Of a stretch of 64,000 nucleotides of DNA, positions 35,263 to 46,929 are shown in pieces. Position 1 is the first letter of the stretch, and the number at the start of each line of letters is the position of its first letter. The position numbers were made by a program, and so were the translations under genes. The stretch lies in contig NC_135769.1 in the NCBI RefSeq assembly GCF_052425735.1, positions 17,980,001 to 18,044,000 on the forward strand. Reading direction: 5' to 3'. The notes below the pieces were generated by a model. The model ran no database searches, was not told where the DNA came from, and was given only the letters and a program-made list of their open reading frames with translations. This DNA comes from Oculina patagonica (Eukaryota).

Positions 35263-37199
35263 TGTTACTTGGAGACCCGAATAAATGTTTACATTCCACC
35301 AAGTTTTCTAGTTTACGTTGATGGTTTTAGGTTTTCTCGAGCTCGAGGAAGTAAACCTAACTGTAATCTCCACGATGATCTGCAGCTAGAATTTAAGAGC
35401 TTGTCCTGTGTTCTCGATCTGTGGCATTTGCTGCTGTAAAAGCGCCTTTATATTTGTTGTTTCACACGGAAGTCTAGATCTGTTTGTTACGGAACCTTGA
35501 ATTATTAATTTCCTTTTGTTTCTAACCAAATACAAGGTTTAAAAAATAGATCGAGCTAGACTATTGTTATCATTCAGAAACTGAATAGCTTCTTGTGATT
35601 CGCCTCAGTAAACCCAAGCTGATCAGTTCATGAATAAGCCACATACCAACTCAAATGGCCAGAAAATAATTTTATTTGTAGAGCTGACGAGATGGCTTCT
35701 AGGGCAATGTAGAACGAATAAACACCTATTACACAAGCAAATCATTTTAGAAGAGCATACAGAAGTAGCTTTCAGTAGTTCGAATCCTACGGTTCGGAAG
35801 CAAACATTGCGTCATAGAAGGAAAGAGACCTGTAGATCTAGAAAGTTATTTAGAAACCTCCTGACGAGTTCGTTAATTAATTTTATTCGCTTTCTTTAAA
35901 ACAATTAAAGAAAATTCCCGAAAATTGGTTGATTATACATTCAATACTTAAACTGGAAGTGAGCAATTTGTTTATAGGTACTTGCCATTTCTGGTTTGGT
36001 TTGACTCGTTTTATTTGCGATGTTAAAGGCAAATTCATGTTCTAACAGTCTTTCACTGCCGCGAAATATAAATAATAAGAATTTTCTGTCTACAATATCA
36101 ATATCAAGGCTTGGATTTTTAGTGACTGTTGGCAGCTTCTCTTTCTTCAACGCAAAAAACGCGAGTGAAACATGCAGCGAACGCAAAGCACGAGGAGGTC
36201 TCCCGTTTTACGCTGGCGTCCAGCTCTCGCAGTTCAGTTTTCCTGTGTTCAAAGATCGAAAAAAACATGCGAGAAAATAAAGGGCTGTGAACAGTCTTAG
36301 ACGTTCATAGTTCGTAAGCAACTTGTTTAAAGGCGGTAACACACGAAGAAACAACTTGCATGGACATGTCGCGGCGATATGTAGCTGGGGCCAAACCAAC
36401 ATGTACACACGCATGAAAATGTAGCGAGGAGATGTCGAAGCGACACGTTCCCCAATGGCACAGTGGAGGTACGCGTGATCGAGACTTCGAACAAAACAAC
36501 ATTTTTATTTTTTGGTCAATCATTTACAGCTTTCCGGTTGCTGTCATGCCATTTCCTAAGTTATAAAACTTCAGGATAAATTGTGCTCTCTGATTGGCTG
36601 TTACTCGGTTGGGATTTTTACGTACCCACTACTGACATAGTAATCGTCGGTACTCATTCAAGTCTGTTGGCTCATAGGGCTGGAGATAAATGGTTATCTA
36701 GACAGATCATAAAATTTATTAGCGACGTCACATCATATGATCTCCTTTAAAATTGTTTGGGTATTTTTGGAAGTAAATTGAAATTGATCAAAATTGATCG
36801 CAAATATTCAGAAAAAGTTTGCAAAATCTTCGAAAGTCTTCGAAAATATTCGGTAAATGTTGAAAATCTTTGGCTGATCCTGGATGGAACCCCCCATTGC
36901 GACAATATGAATTTGTTCTCCCAAAAATATTTTAGATTTTAACTTGTTTTTCCCTAGCATTTTACTAGTTTTTCCCTCAATAAATGAAACCTTTTTCAAT
37001 TTCTCTTGAAGGTTCGAGTGATCATGATCGGGATTCAACTGTATCTATTCAAATCACCAAGAAATAATTTTCTTTGCCGACATACTGATGACATAGCGCC
37101 GGGTACAACCTCGAATAAATATATTCATCCGTGAGCATTTCGTTGAAAAGCGTTCTCATAGTAGTTTGAACTTCGCTGTATTTTTAGTAGCTAGATAAA

Positions 37200-37455
37200 C
37201 TCGTCAATCCTCTAGGCACGTGCATTCATGGATCGAAACTCGGTTCACGCTTCTAGATCTGTCCATAATGCCTCCGTTGTATAAACAAGAACATGATAAC
37301 ATGATGGTAATACCATTCTCGACCTGTGCTTTGTAGAGGATCGTAACCAAAAGACTCTGACGCTCTGTCGTGAATTCAGGCTCTTCTGGGTTGTACTGCT
37401 CCGTCAGGCCTCGTGTTAAATTGAACACGATACGACCAAACACAGCAACTCATTG
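37200..37455 (-). pseudogene. Short N-terminal relic of the family, separated from its upstream region by a transposon
   Basis: Reads FGRIVFNLTRGLTEQYNPEEPEFTTE, then an 8-nt insertion frameshift and loss of homology. Confidence 0.75.
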
Positions 37456-39368
37456 CACAGGGTCCCCAGGCTCACGCTCTGACAACTCGGTCAAAATGGC
37501 GGCGTCAAAGTTATAAGGATTTGTATAAAACTTTAGAGGAAAACAAATTATCGAGCTAAAATATAATAAACCGCCAGTAAAGTTCACAGTTTACATCATA
37601 TGTTGTCTGCGTGACGTTTCTTGACTGTTCTAAAGCATTTAAGCCCTATTTAACCGACATTTTTAATTTTAGTTTACTCTTACCTAAATATATGCAAGGG
37701 TGCACACTTCCGATGCTTGATAAACAACACTGTTCGACAAAAATGAGCCAAAAATTGCTTTTAATTTGATGCACTCACTCCAAAACCTCGCATGGACATA
37801 GTTTGAAGACCATTCTTTTACTGCAGCAAATTTTTGATTTGCCTGCTTCTCTCCGCGATTTAAGAATACGGGAAAAATAACCATGGACTGCAAACTTTTA
37901 GCTTTCTCCAACACCTTGAACCAGAGAGAGTGGACGCATTTTTAATTAGCCTTGCCTTTCACGTGCAGCCTCTCGCTATGATTGGGCGATAGTTGTCAGG
38001 GCGACGATACTTTTTGCTCGTAGGGGAGGGAGGCAAACGAAACCGTCGAGGGTACTCTGCCTTACTCATGTACACTGGCCTGAGCTCCCAAAGGGTGATT
38101 TTGCCTCACATAAAATTCTAGACTCACAGGTGTACCGAGAGGGAATTTTGCAAATCCCTTGCGAATTAAATTCGTCGCACTTTACAAAACAACAAGCGAC
38201 TACAGAAACATCATCAACAATGTAACAAAGCAAAGGGCAATAGCTCTGAGCGTCCGTTCAAAGTGGCTTCGCTAAACATAATTAAACATTTTTCGTAAAT
38301 GTTTCAATGAAATATTTTAAAAATTGAACATAGACTACAGTATTGGTGTACGTGTTTTCATTTCAATGCAAATGCGATTACTTTTGTTCTGATCCCATAT
38401 ATTGAGGAGAATGAATTCAGAATGTAGTCGACACGTGCGTCACCGGGGTTTTTAATCTTGCTACATTTCTTGTCTGTTCCCGGCTGAACAACGACGTGCA
38501 CGGTACTAGCATTAGCTATTATATCCGAAGGCTCTCCGCAAAACCTTTTGTAGCAAGGTTTTGACAGCATTTTTGCTTTGTCGCGTTCCCGTGCTTTGAA
38601 TCTGTGTGCGGTCATGACATTAATATGCAGGGTTTTTCAAAATTTCGGCATGGTCACGGTACATCAGTGGGTCTAGATTCGTACGTGAGGCAAAATCACC
38701 CTGTGGGAGCTCAGGCCAGTGTTCATGAGAAAGGTAGAGTAACTTCGACGGTTTCGGTTTCGAATCAAAAATTTGCTGCAGTAAAAGAATGGTCTTCGAA
38801 CTATGTCCATGCGAGGTTTTGGAGTGAGTGGATCAAATTAAATGCAATTTTCGGCTCATTTTTGTCGAACAGTAGTGTTTATCTAGCGTCGGAAGTGTTC
38901 ACCCTTGCATTTATTTAGGTAAGAGACGGACCATTATTTTCTTGGAGGGGGGGGGGGGGATGAAAAATTTTCCTCTGCAAACTTTTTTTTTTTGTTTATG
39001 CACCTCTGCAAACATTTTTTTTCGAAATTCTTACTATTTTTTGTTATACATATCGTGTTTGCAAACAATTTATTTTGTCTTGTCAGGCCCTGCAAACAAC
39101 TTTTTTCAATATTTTTCATCCCCCCCCCCCCCTCAAAAAAAAAAATGGTCAGTCCCTAAGAGTAAACTTAAATTAAAAACATTAAGTGCTTTAGAACAGT
39201 CAAGAAACGTCACATGGACAACATATGATGTAAAATGTGAACTTTACTAGCGGTTTATTATATTTAAGTTCGATAATTTGTTTTCCTCTAAAGTTTCATA
39301 CAAATCCTTATAATTTTGACGCCGCCATTTTGACCGAGTTGTCAGAGCGTGAGCCTGGGCGCCCTGTG
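37456..39368. mobile_element. Non-autonomous P-superfamily-like element with very long TIRs
   Basis: CACAGGG...CCCTGTG ends and a 7-bp TSD CTCATTG (37449-37455, 39369-39375). The inverted arms are 37456-38110 versus 38685-39368. Confidence 0.8.
38923..39156. mobile_element. PIF/Harbinger-like MITE nested in the right arm of the P-like element
   Basis: TAA|GAGACGGACCATT ... AATGGTCAGTCCC|TAA; absent from the left arm. Confidence 0.75.
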
Positions 39369-40429
39369 CTCATTGCTGCTTGGATCTCGCGGCCTGTACA
39401 AATGTTTATGGCTAAAGTACTTTGATAGTGTTAAGTTTATTTCGACGATGAAGATCTTCCGCTAGAAAGTTAGATCTTCTTGTGTTGCTTGGCGTTTTCT
39501 GCTGTAAATGAACTCTTTTCTTCTTTTTCACGCGGAAGTCTAGTTCTTTCTGCTCACGAACATTAAAAGATAAAATTCCGCTCGTTTCTAACCGCTTCTT
39601 CCAAATTACCGCATTTTCTCGATTAAACGCCGGGTCTGCCAGGTGGAGTTGAAAATAGGCCCCCCAGGTATTTATTTGAGGTATAATAAGCTGTAGGTAT
39701 GTTACTCAGATACGTGTTTGTCAAAAATAATGAATTAAAACGGTTTCTTAATTATATGACTGCAGGAGTCAAATAAACGGTGGATACACAAAATTTTCAC
39801 TGACGAATGAAACGTCAATAATAAAAGCAAAGAAACCCAAAATGTTATCTTGTTAAGAATTACAAGAAAAACTGCTACCTGAGTTGCACGCTACAATCGA
39901 TTAATAATTTTAAAACAGGGCGATCTATTGTAAGTTATAAATCTAATCTAATCTGAGTCACCGATGGGTAATATTATAACATAAAATGACATTTATGTTA
40001 ATCAACTTTTTCAGATTTTTCTGTTTGGTATATTTTAAATGAAATAACACGGATAGCAGTCGAATTTCTTAGGCACTTTTCCACTCAAACAAACTTAAAA
40101 TTTCGTTTGCTTTAAAGCCGGATAGAGTTCGTAATGCTAAGGGAAAACAAAACCAAACAAAGCCAAAATTCGACTAAACTACAAAATCACATCTATGACG
40201 GTCGTTAATCTCGTTGTCTTGTTAAGCAGAGTCGGTAGCTAGGCAACTCAGTCAACACATGGAATCTATGCAAGCGTGTGTTAGTGTACTGGAGTAATCT
40301 TTATTTAACCATGGTAATACAAATTTAGCCGAGACATAAAAACAAGCTATTCAATACCGGGAAAAAAATATAATAAACAACCGCTAAGATAAAATAACCT
40401 ATAATCATTATCTACATATATAGTTAATC

Positions 40430-40880
40430 AAATAAAGGTAAAAATAGCCGCTTAAGGCAGTCTAAAAGAATTGCAAAGAAGCCATTGGGTAATCAGTTGT
40501 TAATTTAGCCACACCCCACCCATCCCCCTCACCCTCTGCACTCAGTAGGAAAAAAATAACATGAATTAGAACACTTAGTGCACATTTCCGTAAGTTAGAT
40601 ATTTAAAAAAGTTAGGACCTTGTAGATTAAGCCAACATGTTTTTCGTCTAGTTATGGTTTGGTTTTAGTTCAATTTATCATTCACGCACAAATAACACCA
40701 ATCATTCACTATAAAAGGTCATCGTTAATATTTTACTCGATTTCAGCAGCATTGATTCCTGGTACACATATAATAGTGTCATCAGCACACATACCGTAGA
40801 ATTCTTATAACCGGAATTTTACGGAATACACCTAGAATAGTGTTAAATCACTCATATCATTAATATAGATTAAAGACATT
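40430..40880 (-). mobile_element. Decayed LINE RT fragments
   Basis: A YADD-like motif (MCADDTII) at ~40770-40793, plus a degenerate match to the LINE 3' end seen at 7.6 and 19.9 kb. Confidence 0.45.
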
Positions 40881-41413
40881 AAATAGAGTTAAAGCTCCCA
40901 TTTACAACAACTATACCATAATTTAAACGCTAGCTATGGTTGAGTGTATATTTTATATATTCGATTTTTTTATACATTAACAAGGAAAATTTACCGGCGA
41001 AATTACGTGGAAAATCCGCAAAGTTGCGCGTGTGTGTGACAGCGATCTTTTTCCACTCGAATATGTGGGAAATTTCGCTCCTAAGGTTCTAGTTGACATT
41101 ACACAACTTGCGGTATTTTTGGATTTTGAAAAGTGGCGACAATTTTACAAGTTTTTCGAAATTTGCCTTACGTTGCGTTACTGTCTCAGTCCCTCATTTT
41201 ATTGGTCTAAACTCTCATCAACCGTAACTCTCGGCTAATGAGCGCGCAAGAATTCCCTCAGTTATTGTGAAGAACTCTGTTCAGCGTCAAGCAATACCCG
41301 GCGATACTCTCGCATCTCTGTAGAGCTAATTGTATGTCATCAGTATCTCATTTATCGGCTCGACTAGCTTACAGAGGACAGTCTTTGAGATCTTCTGATC
41401 TTTCCGTGTAATC

Positions 41414-43039
41414 TTAAGTAAACGGCATTTTACAAGGTTGATTTAAGGGCTCTTTAAAGTGCTCGTGTACGATCGCCAAAAGGTTTCCGCTTGTCCATAT
41501 ACCTAATGACACAACAGTTACAATTGCCACTAACATGTGTCTTTTCCATCGTCTTCGCCAAACAGCCATGACAGCCATATTCTGATAGTGAGTCTCGATC
41601 GCTAGAGACACGCTGGTGAAAAACGACTCAATCACCAGCTGAACTGAAGTATGAATGGCGAAAGATTGTAACAACTTTAAAAGGGAATCGTTTTGTAAGT
41701 AAACAAATTGATACAAGTACAGAAAACCGTTAACAGATACTATAGCAGTTGATTCCGACAACATGCTCATGATAGCGATATCAGCCATTAGTCTCTCACG
41801 GCGAGGAGTACGAAAACTTCCCCAAGGAGCTGATTTTCTTTTCCAAATCACGTGACAAATGCGATCGATCACAACCATGATGCTTCGTTCTATGACTTCT
41901 GCAGCGCCGTGAATTATTCCAAGAATAGCGATGGTTTGCAAACTGTCAAGGTCTGCTTGTAAAACTCGAAACATAACCGCTGAGGCACAATACAACGGCG
42001 CTAGTAAAACATACGAATATCGCGGATGAGTAATGTTCCATAACCGCTGGACACAAACTCGCGAGATTACTTTGAGTACGACTCCAATAAGAGGAGCGAA
42101 AATTGCGATTACCAGGCGCATTTTGCTCTCCTTGCTTTGCTTGTTATACAGTGGGTAAATTATAGCGGCCGCAGAAATGGCAAGAATTATTACAGAACAG
42201 ATAGGAACTGTGATTTGCAAGAACAAAGTCACCTTTTGTCTCCTTGTCCGTCCCATACGGAATTGACTCGTTACAAGATAGGCTTGCCAACATAAACAAA
42301 TTACAAGTAAAGCGTTGAGTGGAATCTTTTTAAAAACAGAAAGCTTGGAACGAGATATTCCCAGGGCTTGCAGAGCAACACGATAACACGTGTCCAAGAA
42401 ATATGTGAGGCACGAAACCAGTACCAGTTTTCTCTTCACCCCCTTTAACTGATAAGGGCGAAATAAGAATAAGGTACAGTAAAAGTACCAAGCGTAAAGG
42501 AAAGCGCAAGAGATCACATCGGAAATTGATCTCGTCCATTGCACGTTTTCTGGAATGGACCTCTTTGGGTGAAATTCACAGTTACTGATAGTTTTAAAAG
42601 ATAGGTAGGAGATCGACATGAATACTGAACCTATGATGGTAGCAGTTAGTAGTGAAATCAAAGCTCCGATGTACATTGATTTACAAACTGTACGGAGAGC
42701 GGATGGTCTGAACCGCTTCCAAGCCATTGCTCTATCTTCATCTTGCTGATAGTCCTCTATTTCTTCATTTTCCTCTGGTGAACACGCGTTTATAACCCTT
42801 ACATTAAGACTGCTAGACGCTAGATAGTCCCAGCTTGTGACTTCTCTGTCCCGGTATTCTTGATAAATAAGCTCATCAACAGGAAGATAATTCCATTCTC
42901 TACCTGTGCTTTGTAGAGGATCGAAGCCAAAAGACTCTGTCGTGAATTCAGGTTCTTCTGGGTTGTAGTGCTCTGTTACGCCTCGTGTAAAACTAAACAC
43001 GATATGACCAAACACCTCTATCAGTGTACTGCTACTCAT
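41414..43039 (-). CDS. Uncharacterised intronless ~11-TM membrane protein, copy I (541 aa)
   Basis: Intact ORF with the conserved ATG at 43039. Confidence 0.92.
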   Translation of the reverse strand: MSSSTLIEVFGHIVFSFTRGVTEHYNPEEPEFTTESFGFDPLQSTGREWNYLPVDELIYQEYRDREVTSWDYLASSSLNVRVINACSPEENEEIEDYQQDEDRAMAWKRFRPSALRTVCKSMYIGALISLLTATIIGSVFMSISYLSFKTISNCEFHPKRSIPENVQWTRSISDVISCAFLYAWYFYCTLFLFRPYQLKGVKRKLVLVSCLTYFLDTCYRVALQALGISRSKLSVFKKIPLNALLVICLCWQAYLVTSQFRMGRTRRQKVTLFLQITVPICSVIILAISAAAIIYPLYNKQSKESKMRLVIAIFAPLIGVVLKVISRVCVQRLWNITHPRYSYVLLAPLYCASAVMFRVLQADLDSLQTIAILGIIHGAAEVIERSIMVVIDRICHVIWKRKSAPWGSFRTPRRERLMADIAIMSMLSESTAIVSVNGFLYLYQFVYLQNDSLLKLLQSFAIHTSVQLVIESFFTSVSLAIETHYQNMAVMAVWRRRWKRHMLVAIVTVVSLGIWTSGNLLAIVHEHFKEPLNQPCKMPFT

Positions 43040-44509
43040 TGTTAATCGCCCCCGGTGGAACAAATGGTTAAAACACAGCAGTTTAGTAAGTTAATGACGG
43101 ACTTGAGGACGCAACTAAGTGACGATCTGCAGATGACAAACTGACTTTTTCTGTGCTGTTTGCCAGATTTCCGCACAACTTCCGTTTGATATGTGGGTTT
43201 TTACCCCTATATGGGGTTTAACCCTTCTTTTGTCAGTCAGGCGTCTGTTGACGTTACATGCTATTTGGGAAACAATTGTAGCTTATCCTATTCAGACTCC
43301 AGAGGTGATCTTTGTTGTTATTCATCGCAACACTTTTCTCATCAGTATGTTGTTTGTTTTGTCGTTTTTCTTAAACAAATCAAACGCGAACGACAGCCGG
43401 TTTCATCGCATTTTGAAACACTAAAAGAGACTTGGGAATTTTTGACGAAAAGGGGGGTGTTTGAAAAGGTGAGGGAACAGGGTTTGATTTTCGTGATTTC
43501 TCAACTGGAACGGAAAAATAAAATCATAATAGTCTATGCTAATTTAGACCCAATCAACTGTCATGGTAATGATTTCCTTTGTTTTAAACAATTGAGACCG
43601 AGAAAACTTTCTAGTAACTTCTTTCGTTGTATGACTGTTGACGAGTTCTAAATCTTCTTGCTTAGGAAGATGGAAAACGAAATAGTTCTGTTTCGTTTTT
43701 AAGTAAATACGATCAAGATCGCAGTTTTCTGTGCTTCTTGCTTTTGGTCATATCTTGTGTAAAATGAAGAGCAGGGAATATATGAGTAGACCCCTCTATC
43801 AATGTTCTCCAACTTCAGGGGGTGGGGATGGGAGACGGCAACCTCGTTCCCAGGGCTTTTCCCGATGTGCGCCGCCAAAGGGTATGATTTTTGACCCATT
43901 TTGGTCTAGAATAGGGTATCTATTTTGATCATTTTGGTCTTAAATAGGATATGGTTTGTGCATTCTGGTCAGCAATCAGTGGTGAGGTAAAATTCTTCGA
44001 AGAAACTATTTTCAATCTTGTTTTTACTCATCTTTTGAGTAGTGCGATTTTATTAACGTCGTGAATTTAAAGTCTTTCTCAAATGTTCACGCAAACCGAA
44101 GCATTTTTTGAGTTAGGTCTGGTCCGAAAAAGGGTGTTGAGTCTTGGATCAGGTCTGATATAGGCGACAGGGAAATTTGACTTTGGCCTGAAATAGGGCA
44201 AGGGTTTCAGGAAGTGCACCGCACACCCCACTCCTCCCCCCCCCCCCTCCACCCGCAACTGCTACTCGTTTGACGTGATCTATAAACTGACAAAAATGGT
44301 CGAGGGTGTCAATAGTACTTTGGGCCGAGAAATGGCATTTTATACCTCCTTCAGGACCCTCTCGGTAGGCCACTCAGTCAAGAGAACTGTAGTAATAATC
44401 TTTATTTAACCACGGTAATACAAATTCAGCAAAGGTTGCTTTTCTTTTCAAAGTATAGCTGTGACCCTAAAAAAGCTTTAAATACAAAATAACATTTAAA
44501 AAACTATTG

Positions 44510-44870
44510 ATCAAGTTAGTAATAGCCGCCAAAGGCAGTCAAAGAAAGAGAGTTCTTTATTTGATAGTTTAACCAATTCCATAATTTAACCACACCCTAC
44601 CCCAACCCCTTGAACTTCTTACGCCATAATGAGGGGCTTCAGGACACAGTGAGCATTTCAGTTCGATATTCAGGACACCTTTGTGGACCTTTTACATTAT
44701 GTTAGCTACGTGCTTTTGTCGTCTAGTTTGGAGGTCCTCCCAATTTAGTACCGGACAAAGGGTCTGAGACCGTACATCGTACGAGGATTTGGTGATGACC
44801 CTGGCAGCCCTATTTTGTAATCTCAGCAGCTTATCAGACAACTTTTTCTGACATTATCCCACACTGGGTA
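44510..44870 (-). mobile_element. LINE RT C-terminal fragment (duplicate of 19.9-20.2 kb)
   Basis: Direct match to 19870-20235. Confidence 0.7.
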
Positions 44871-44880
44871 GGTATGGAAG

Positions 44881-45163
44881 GTAAAGTCTGCTTTCGAGCC
44901 TAGTGGCCAATCAGACCGGAGCTCATCCCAGTTTCAGTAACATGAAGCGACTAGGAGTATTTCTACTTCCTTCTGGGTGGATGCTAGTCCATCGCAGAGT
45001 TACCCCTTAGCATTAACGACACCGGTAATTAGTCATATATCTGCGTGGAGAGAGGCTCGTGAATTATCTTGCCCAAGAACCCAACAAAATGGCCCCCTCC
45101 AGTGCTAGAACCCGGACAGCTCGATCCGGAGACCAGCCCACTAACCTTTAGGCCACCGCGCCT
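44881..45163 (-). mobile_element. tRNA-derived SINE (duplicate of 20611-20886)
   Basis: Same sequence and same insertion point. Confidence 0.7.
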
Positions 45164-45303
45164 CCCACAATTTAACCCCACACTGAGCTACAGTAGTCAA
45201 AATGGTACTGCACCAAAAACTTATATACTATCAGTGATTAAATTGTCGACACTGACGTAGGTCTCTCACCCTCGTAATCAGTCTTTGAGATCTCCATGTA
45301 ATC

Positions 45304-46929
45304 TTAAGTAAACGGCATTTTACAAGGTTGATTTAAGGGCTCTTTAAAGTTTCCGTGTAACATTTGTAAAAGGTTCTTGCTAGTCCATGCACCTACTGAC
45401 ACGGCAGTTACAATTGCCACTAAAATGTGTCTTTTCCATCTTCTTCGCCAAACAGCCATGACAGCCATATTCTGATAGCGAGTCTCGATTGCTAGAGACA
45501 CGCTGGTGAAAAACCACTCAATCACCAGCTGAACTGAAGTTGTGATGGCAAAAGACTGTAACAGCTTTAAAAGCGAATCGTTTTGTAAGTAAATAAATTG
45601 ATACAAGTACAAAAAACCGTTAACAGACACTATGGCAGTTGATTCCGACAACATGCTCATGATAGCGATATCAGCCATTAGTCTCTCGCGGCGAGGAGTA
45701 CGAAAACTTCCCCAAGGAGCTGATGTTCTTTTCCAAATCACGTGACAAATATGATCAATAACAACCATGGTGCTTCGTTCTATGACTTCTGCAGCGCCGT
45801 GAATTATTCCAAGAATAGCGATGGATTTCAAACTGTCAAGATCCGCTTGTAAAATTCGAAACATAACTGCTGAGGCGCAATACAACGGCGCTAATAGGAC
45901 ATAGGAATATCCCGGATGAATAATGTTCCATAACCGCTGCACAAAAATTCGTGAAATTACTTTGAATAGGACTCCAATGAGAGGAGCGAACAGTGCGATT
46001 ACTAGGCGCATTTTCCCTTCCTCGTTTTGATCGTTGTACAGTGGGTAAATTAAAGAGGCCGCAGAAATTGCAAGAACTATAACAGAACAGAGGGGAACTG
46101 TCATTTGCAAGAACAAAGTCACTTGCTGTCTCCTTGTCCGTCCCATACGGAAGTGATTCGTTAGAAGATAGGCTTGCCAAAATATACTAATTAAAAACAA
46201 AGCATTGAGTGGAATCTTTTGCAAAACAGAAAAACTGGAATGAGATATTCCCAGGGCTTGCAGAGCGACACGATAACACGTGTCCAAGAAATATACAAGG
46301 CAAGCAGCCAGGACCAGTTTTCTCTTCACTCCCATTAATTGATAAGGGCGAAATAGGAAAAAGGTACATGTAAAGAACCAAGTGTACAGAAAAGCACAAG
46401 AGATCACATCAGAAATTGATCTCATCCATTGCACGTTTTTTGGAATGGACCTCTTAGGGTAAAATTCACAGTTGCTTACAGTTTTAAAAGTTAGGTAGGA
46501 GATCGGCATGTATACTGAACCTATGATGGTAGCAGTTAGTAGTGAAATCAAAGCTCCAATGTACATTGACTTACAAACTGTACGGAGAGCGGATGGTCTG
46601 AGTCGCTTCCAAGCCATTGCTTCATTTTCATCTTGTTGATTGTCCTGTGTTTCTTCGTTTTCTTCTGGCGAAAACGCGTCTATAATCCTCACATTAAGAC
46701 TGTTGGCCACTGGATAGTTTAAACTTGTGATTTCTCTGTCACTATATTCTTGATAAATAAGCTCGTCAACAGGAAGATAATTCCATTCTCGACCTGTGCT
46801 TTGTAGAGGATCGTAGCCAAAAGACTCTGCCGTGAATTCAGGTTCTTCTGGGTTGTAGTGCTCTGTCACGTCTCGTGTAAAGCTGAACACGATATGACCA
46901 AACACCTCTATCAGTGTACTGCTACTCAT
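45304..46929 (-). CDS. Uncharacterised intronless ~11-TM membrane protein, copy J (541 aa)
   Basis: Intact ORF. Confidence 0.92.
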   Translation of the reverse strand: MSSSTLIEVFGHIVFSFTRDVTEHYNPEEPEFTAESFGYDPLQSTGREWNYLPVDELIYQEYSDREITSLNYPVANSLNVRIIDAFSPEENEETQDNQQDENEAMAWKRLRPSALRTVCKSMYIGALISLLTATIIGSVYMPISYLTFKTVSNCEFYPKRSIPKNVQWMRSISDVISCAFLYTWFFTCTFFLFRPYQLMGVKRKLVLAACLVYFLDTCYRVALQALGISHSSFSVLQKIPLNALFLISIFWQAYLLTNHFRMGRTRRQQVTLFLQMTVPLCSVIVLAISAASLIYPLYNDQNEEGKMRLVIALFAPLIGVLFKVISRIFVQRLWNIIHPGYSYVLLAPLYCASAVMFRILQADLDSLKSIAILGIIHGAAEVIERSTMVVIDHICHVIWKRTSAPWGSFRTPRRERLMADIAIMSMLSESTAIVSVNGFLYLYQFIYLQNDSLLKLLQSFAITTSVQLVIEWFFTSVSLAIETRYQNMAVMAVWRRRWKRHILVAIVTAVSVGAWTSKNLLQMLHGNFKEPLNQPCKMPFT

